DNA from: an uncultured Chlamydiae bacterium
Lineage (GTDB): Bacteria > Chlamydiota > Chlamydiia > Chlamydiales > JAJFMA01
Reading direction: 5' to 3'
DNA length: 64,000 nt
Assembly (NCBI GenBank): GCA_963713615.1
Contig: CAVQMM010000001.1
Span: 3,040,001 to 3,104,000 of the forward strand
In this document: positions 61,756 to 64,000 of the stretch, one piece after another
Position numbering within the stretch: position 1 is the stretch's first letter
Layout of the letters: every line of letters begins with the position of its first letter
The notes under the pieces: model-generated
What the model was told of the DNA's origin: nothing
What the model saw: only the letters and a program-made list of their open reading frames with translations
Database searches by the model: none
Position numbers and translations under genes: made by a program

Positions 61756-63909
61756 ATGCTCCTGCTTCGCTGGCTGCTAGCCCTTTGTCTTCTCTCCAGT
61801 GCTCAATTGCCTGGCCAATGCGACGACCTTTGTCCGGTCGATCCTGCGGCTGGGTTGATGCGCGATCTTATGATTGTCGAGCAGGTCAACTGCAAGCTTT
61901 GCGATCGCATGCCGGTGACCTATAACTACACCTTACAGGGTGGGTATTTCGTCATGCCATCGGCCCGTGTTGCCGGCGTAGGAAGTATTCGCGTAGGCTT
62001 TGCTTCGGTTCCGCCCTACTCTAATATTAATATCGTAGGCCAACCCTTTTCGAATCTTGAAGCCTCTTTTAACTACCGCATTTTCAATGATGTACCGGAT
62101 CCTAGATTAAGCCCTTTGGGTTTTGGGGATCTCTCAGACCGTGGTGTAAACGTAAAATTTGCATTATTACTTCCTGAAGACACTGGCTACGTACTACCTG
62201 GAATAGCCATCGGTTTTGATGATTTCCTCGGGACAAAAAACTTCTATAGTAGCTATATCGTAGCCACGCAGGTGTGGCCAAGCTTTAATCTAGAAGCCAC
62301 TCTAGGATATGGAGGTAACCGCATTAATGGTTTCTTTGGCGGTGCTCTCTGGCTTCCTTTTAGACAATGCGGTAACCCCTGGTTTAAAGATCTCGGCCTT
62401 GCCGTCGAATATGACGCCACCGATTACCAAAATCCCATTCACGAAAAACATCCGCGCGGGCGCGATGTCGCTCACCGCTTCAACTACGGTATGAAATATC
62501 GTCTGTGCGACTATCTGGACTTCAACGTTAGTAGCGTTCGCGGTAATCACGTGGCTTGGTCTCTATCGGCATGCTGGGATTTAGGAGCTCCCCTTCGCCT
62601 CATCCCCCCGCTTGATGATCCTATGCCTTACACGGCTCCCGTTAACCTGGAGCCAATGGGCGATTTGCGAACACCCACTGGTGTCGCTGAAGATCTTCTC
62701 TATGCTTTCCGCCAGCAGGGTATTGACGTGTGGGAGATAGGTCTAAGCAACACATGCTGCGGACAGGAACTCCATCTTTGGGTGTCCACTTGCCAATGGA
62801 TGTACGAGGGAGAGGTTTACTTACGCATCCGAGAACTTCTGCTAGCTTTAACTCCGCACGATGTTGACGTTGTTGTTGTTACGCTGGAATCAAAGGGCCT
62901 TCCGGTTCAGGAGTATGTGTTCAAGCAGCCTTTCATGATGATGGTGCGCAATAAGGAGATCTGTCGAACAGAATTGGGCATTATTTCACCGGAACGCGAA
63001 GCCTCATACCCTGACTGTGCAGGATATACGGTGTTGTACAAACGCGCACATCCCTGGTGGAACTTCTGGGCAGCCCCCAAGCTGAATTATCTCTTTGGCA
63101 GTAGCCAGGGTAAGTTCAAATATGCCTTGGGCGTGACCGTTGGTACCGATGGCTTCCTATTCGATCAACTTTTCTACCGCTTTAGACTAGGATACATCGC
63201 CAAGTCGAGCATTCCAAACACGGCAGTACAGGACACTTTAAATCCGTCACAACTTCCAAACGTCCATACTGACATTCTTACTTACTATGCTGTGCGACAA
63301 GTCACGGTCGACGAAGCCCTGTTACAGAAAAATCTTAACCTGGGTTGTGGATGGTACACGCGTTTCTCCACGGGTTTATTTAGCCAGTTTTACGGTGGTT
63401 TTGCCGGCGAGGTTTTGTATTATCCCGTATGCGCCAACTGGGCCATCGGCTTCGAATATGATAAGCTCTATAAACGTACCACCGAAGGGATAGGATTTAC
63501 CAAGACGATACGCAAACTAGATGGAATGGTTCCGACCTACATTCCTTTTCATGGCCAACAGTACTTCTTGGACCTGTATTACCAATGGGCGGAAGCGGAT
63601 CTCGATATGCAGCTAAGTCTAGGACGGTTTCTAGCGGGTGATCATGGAGGTCGCATCGAAGTCAGCCGCACCTATGCCAGCGGTTTACGGCTTAGTGCAT
63701 GGTTTACCTATACTGATGGACATGACCACATCAATGGGCATCTATACTTCGACAAGGGTATTGGCATCGAGATGCCTCTAGATGTCTTCCTGACCTATAG
63801 CAGTTGTGAAACATGGTGCAATTACCTCTCAGCGTGGCTCCGAGATGTCGGCTACCGCACGGACACGGGAGATACCCTCTACTGGCTGATTCGCCAAAAA
63901 CGGTTATAG
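61756..63909 (+). CDS. yjbH: YjbH/YmcA-family outer-membrane beta-barrel
   Basis: Signal peptide, GYFVMPSAR, LPGIAIGFDDFLGT, SYIVAT, GRFLAGDHG and FDKGIGIEMPLD. Confidence 0.88.
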   Translation: MLLLRWLLALCLLSSAQLPGQCDDLCPVDPAAGLMRDLMIVEQVNCKLCDRMPVTYNYTLQGGYFVMPSARVAGVGSIRVGFASVPPYSNINIVGQPFSNLEASFNYRIFNDVPDPRLSPLGFGDLSDRGVNVKFALLLPEDTGYVLPGIAIGFDDFLGTKNFYSSYIVATQVWPSFNLEATLGYGGNRINGFFGGALWLPFRQCGNPWFKDLGLAVEYDATDYQNPIHEKHPRGRDVAHRFNYGMKYRLCDYLDFNVSSVRGNHVAWSLSACWDLGAPLRLIPPLDDPMPYTAPVNLEPMGDLRTPTGVAEDLLYAFRQQGIDVWEIGLSNTCCGQELHLWVSTCQWMYEGEVYLRIRELLLALTPHDVDVVVVTLESKGLPVQEYVFKQPFMMMVRNKEICRTELGIISPEREASYPDCAGYTVLYKRAHPWWNFWAAPKLNYLFGSSQGKFKYALGVTVGTDGFLFDQLFYRFRLGYIAKSSIPNTAVQDTLNPSQLPNVHTDILTYYAVRQVTVDEALLQKNLNLGCGWYTRFSTGLFSQFYGGFAGEVLYYPVCANWAIGFEYDKLYKRTTEGIGFTKTIRKLDGMVPTYIPFHGQQYFLDLYYQWAEADLDMQLSLGRFLAGDHGGRIEVSRTYASGLRLSAWFTYTDGHDHINGHLYFDKGIGIEMPLDVFLTYSSCETWCNYLSAWLRDVGYRTDTGDTLYWLIRQKRL

Positions 63910-64000
63910 CTGCCTGATTCTCAGTTGGTTACCTTATCCTGGGGGCTACATCCTATGCATTTTGGGAACGCTCTTCCTTGGATGGACTAAAGGACCTAAG

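Overview
This is a bacterial chromosome window, most likely from an environmental member of Chlamydiae (inferred from the tyrB/aspC-mreC pair, chlamydial-type F-like tra genes, Mip-like FKBP, parB and yjbH). It is mostly accessory DNA. In order along the window: the trailer end of a type I-F CRISPR array (no cas genes in view); an IS66 with a passenger gene inserted into an older copy of itself; an IS607 with an atypical TnpB sitting in traU of a decayed F-type conjugation cluster; two signal-peptide RHS genes; nested MITE/REP repeats around an AvrB-like Fido gene; a nucleotide-sugar operon; four allelic orphan RHS toxin/HEAT-immunity cassettes; and a pile-up of IS1634, IS701-like, IS21 (238-bp terminal inverted repeats) and a MITE. 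The best candidate for an undescribed system is the minus-strand module at 54.4-59.9 kb. It comprises a ~500-nt highly base-paired region, a 70-aa ORF with its own terminator, a 1026-aa apparently cytoplasmic OppA fusion, a MATE exporter and a possible ~190-nt sRNA. All calls come from reading the sequence and recalling motifs; no searches were run.
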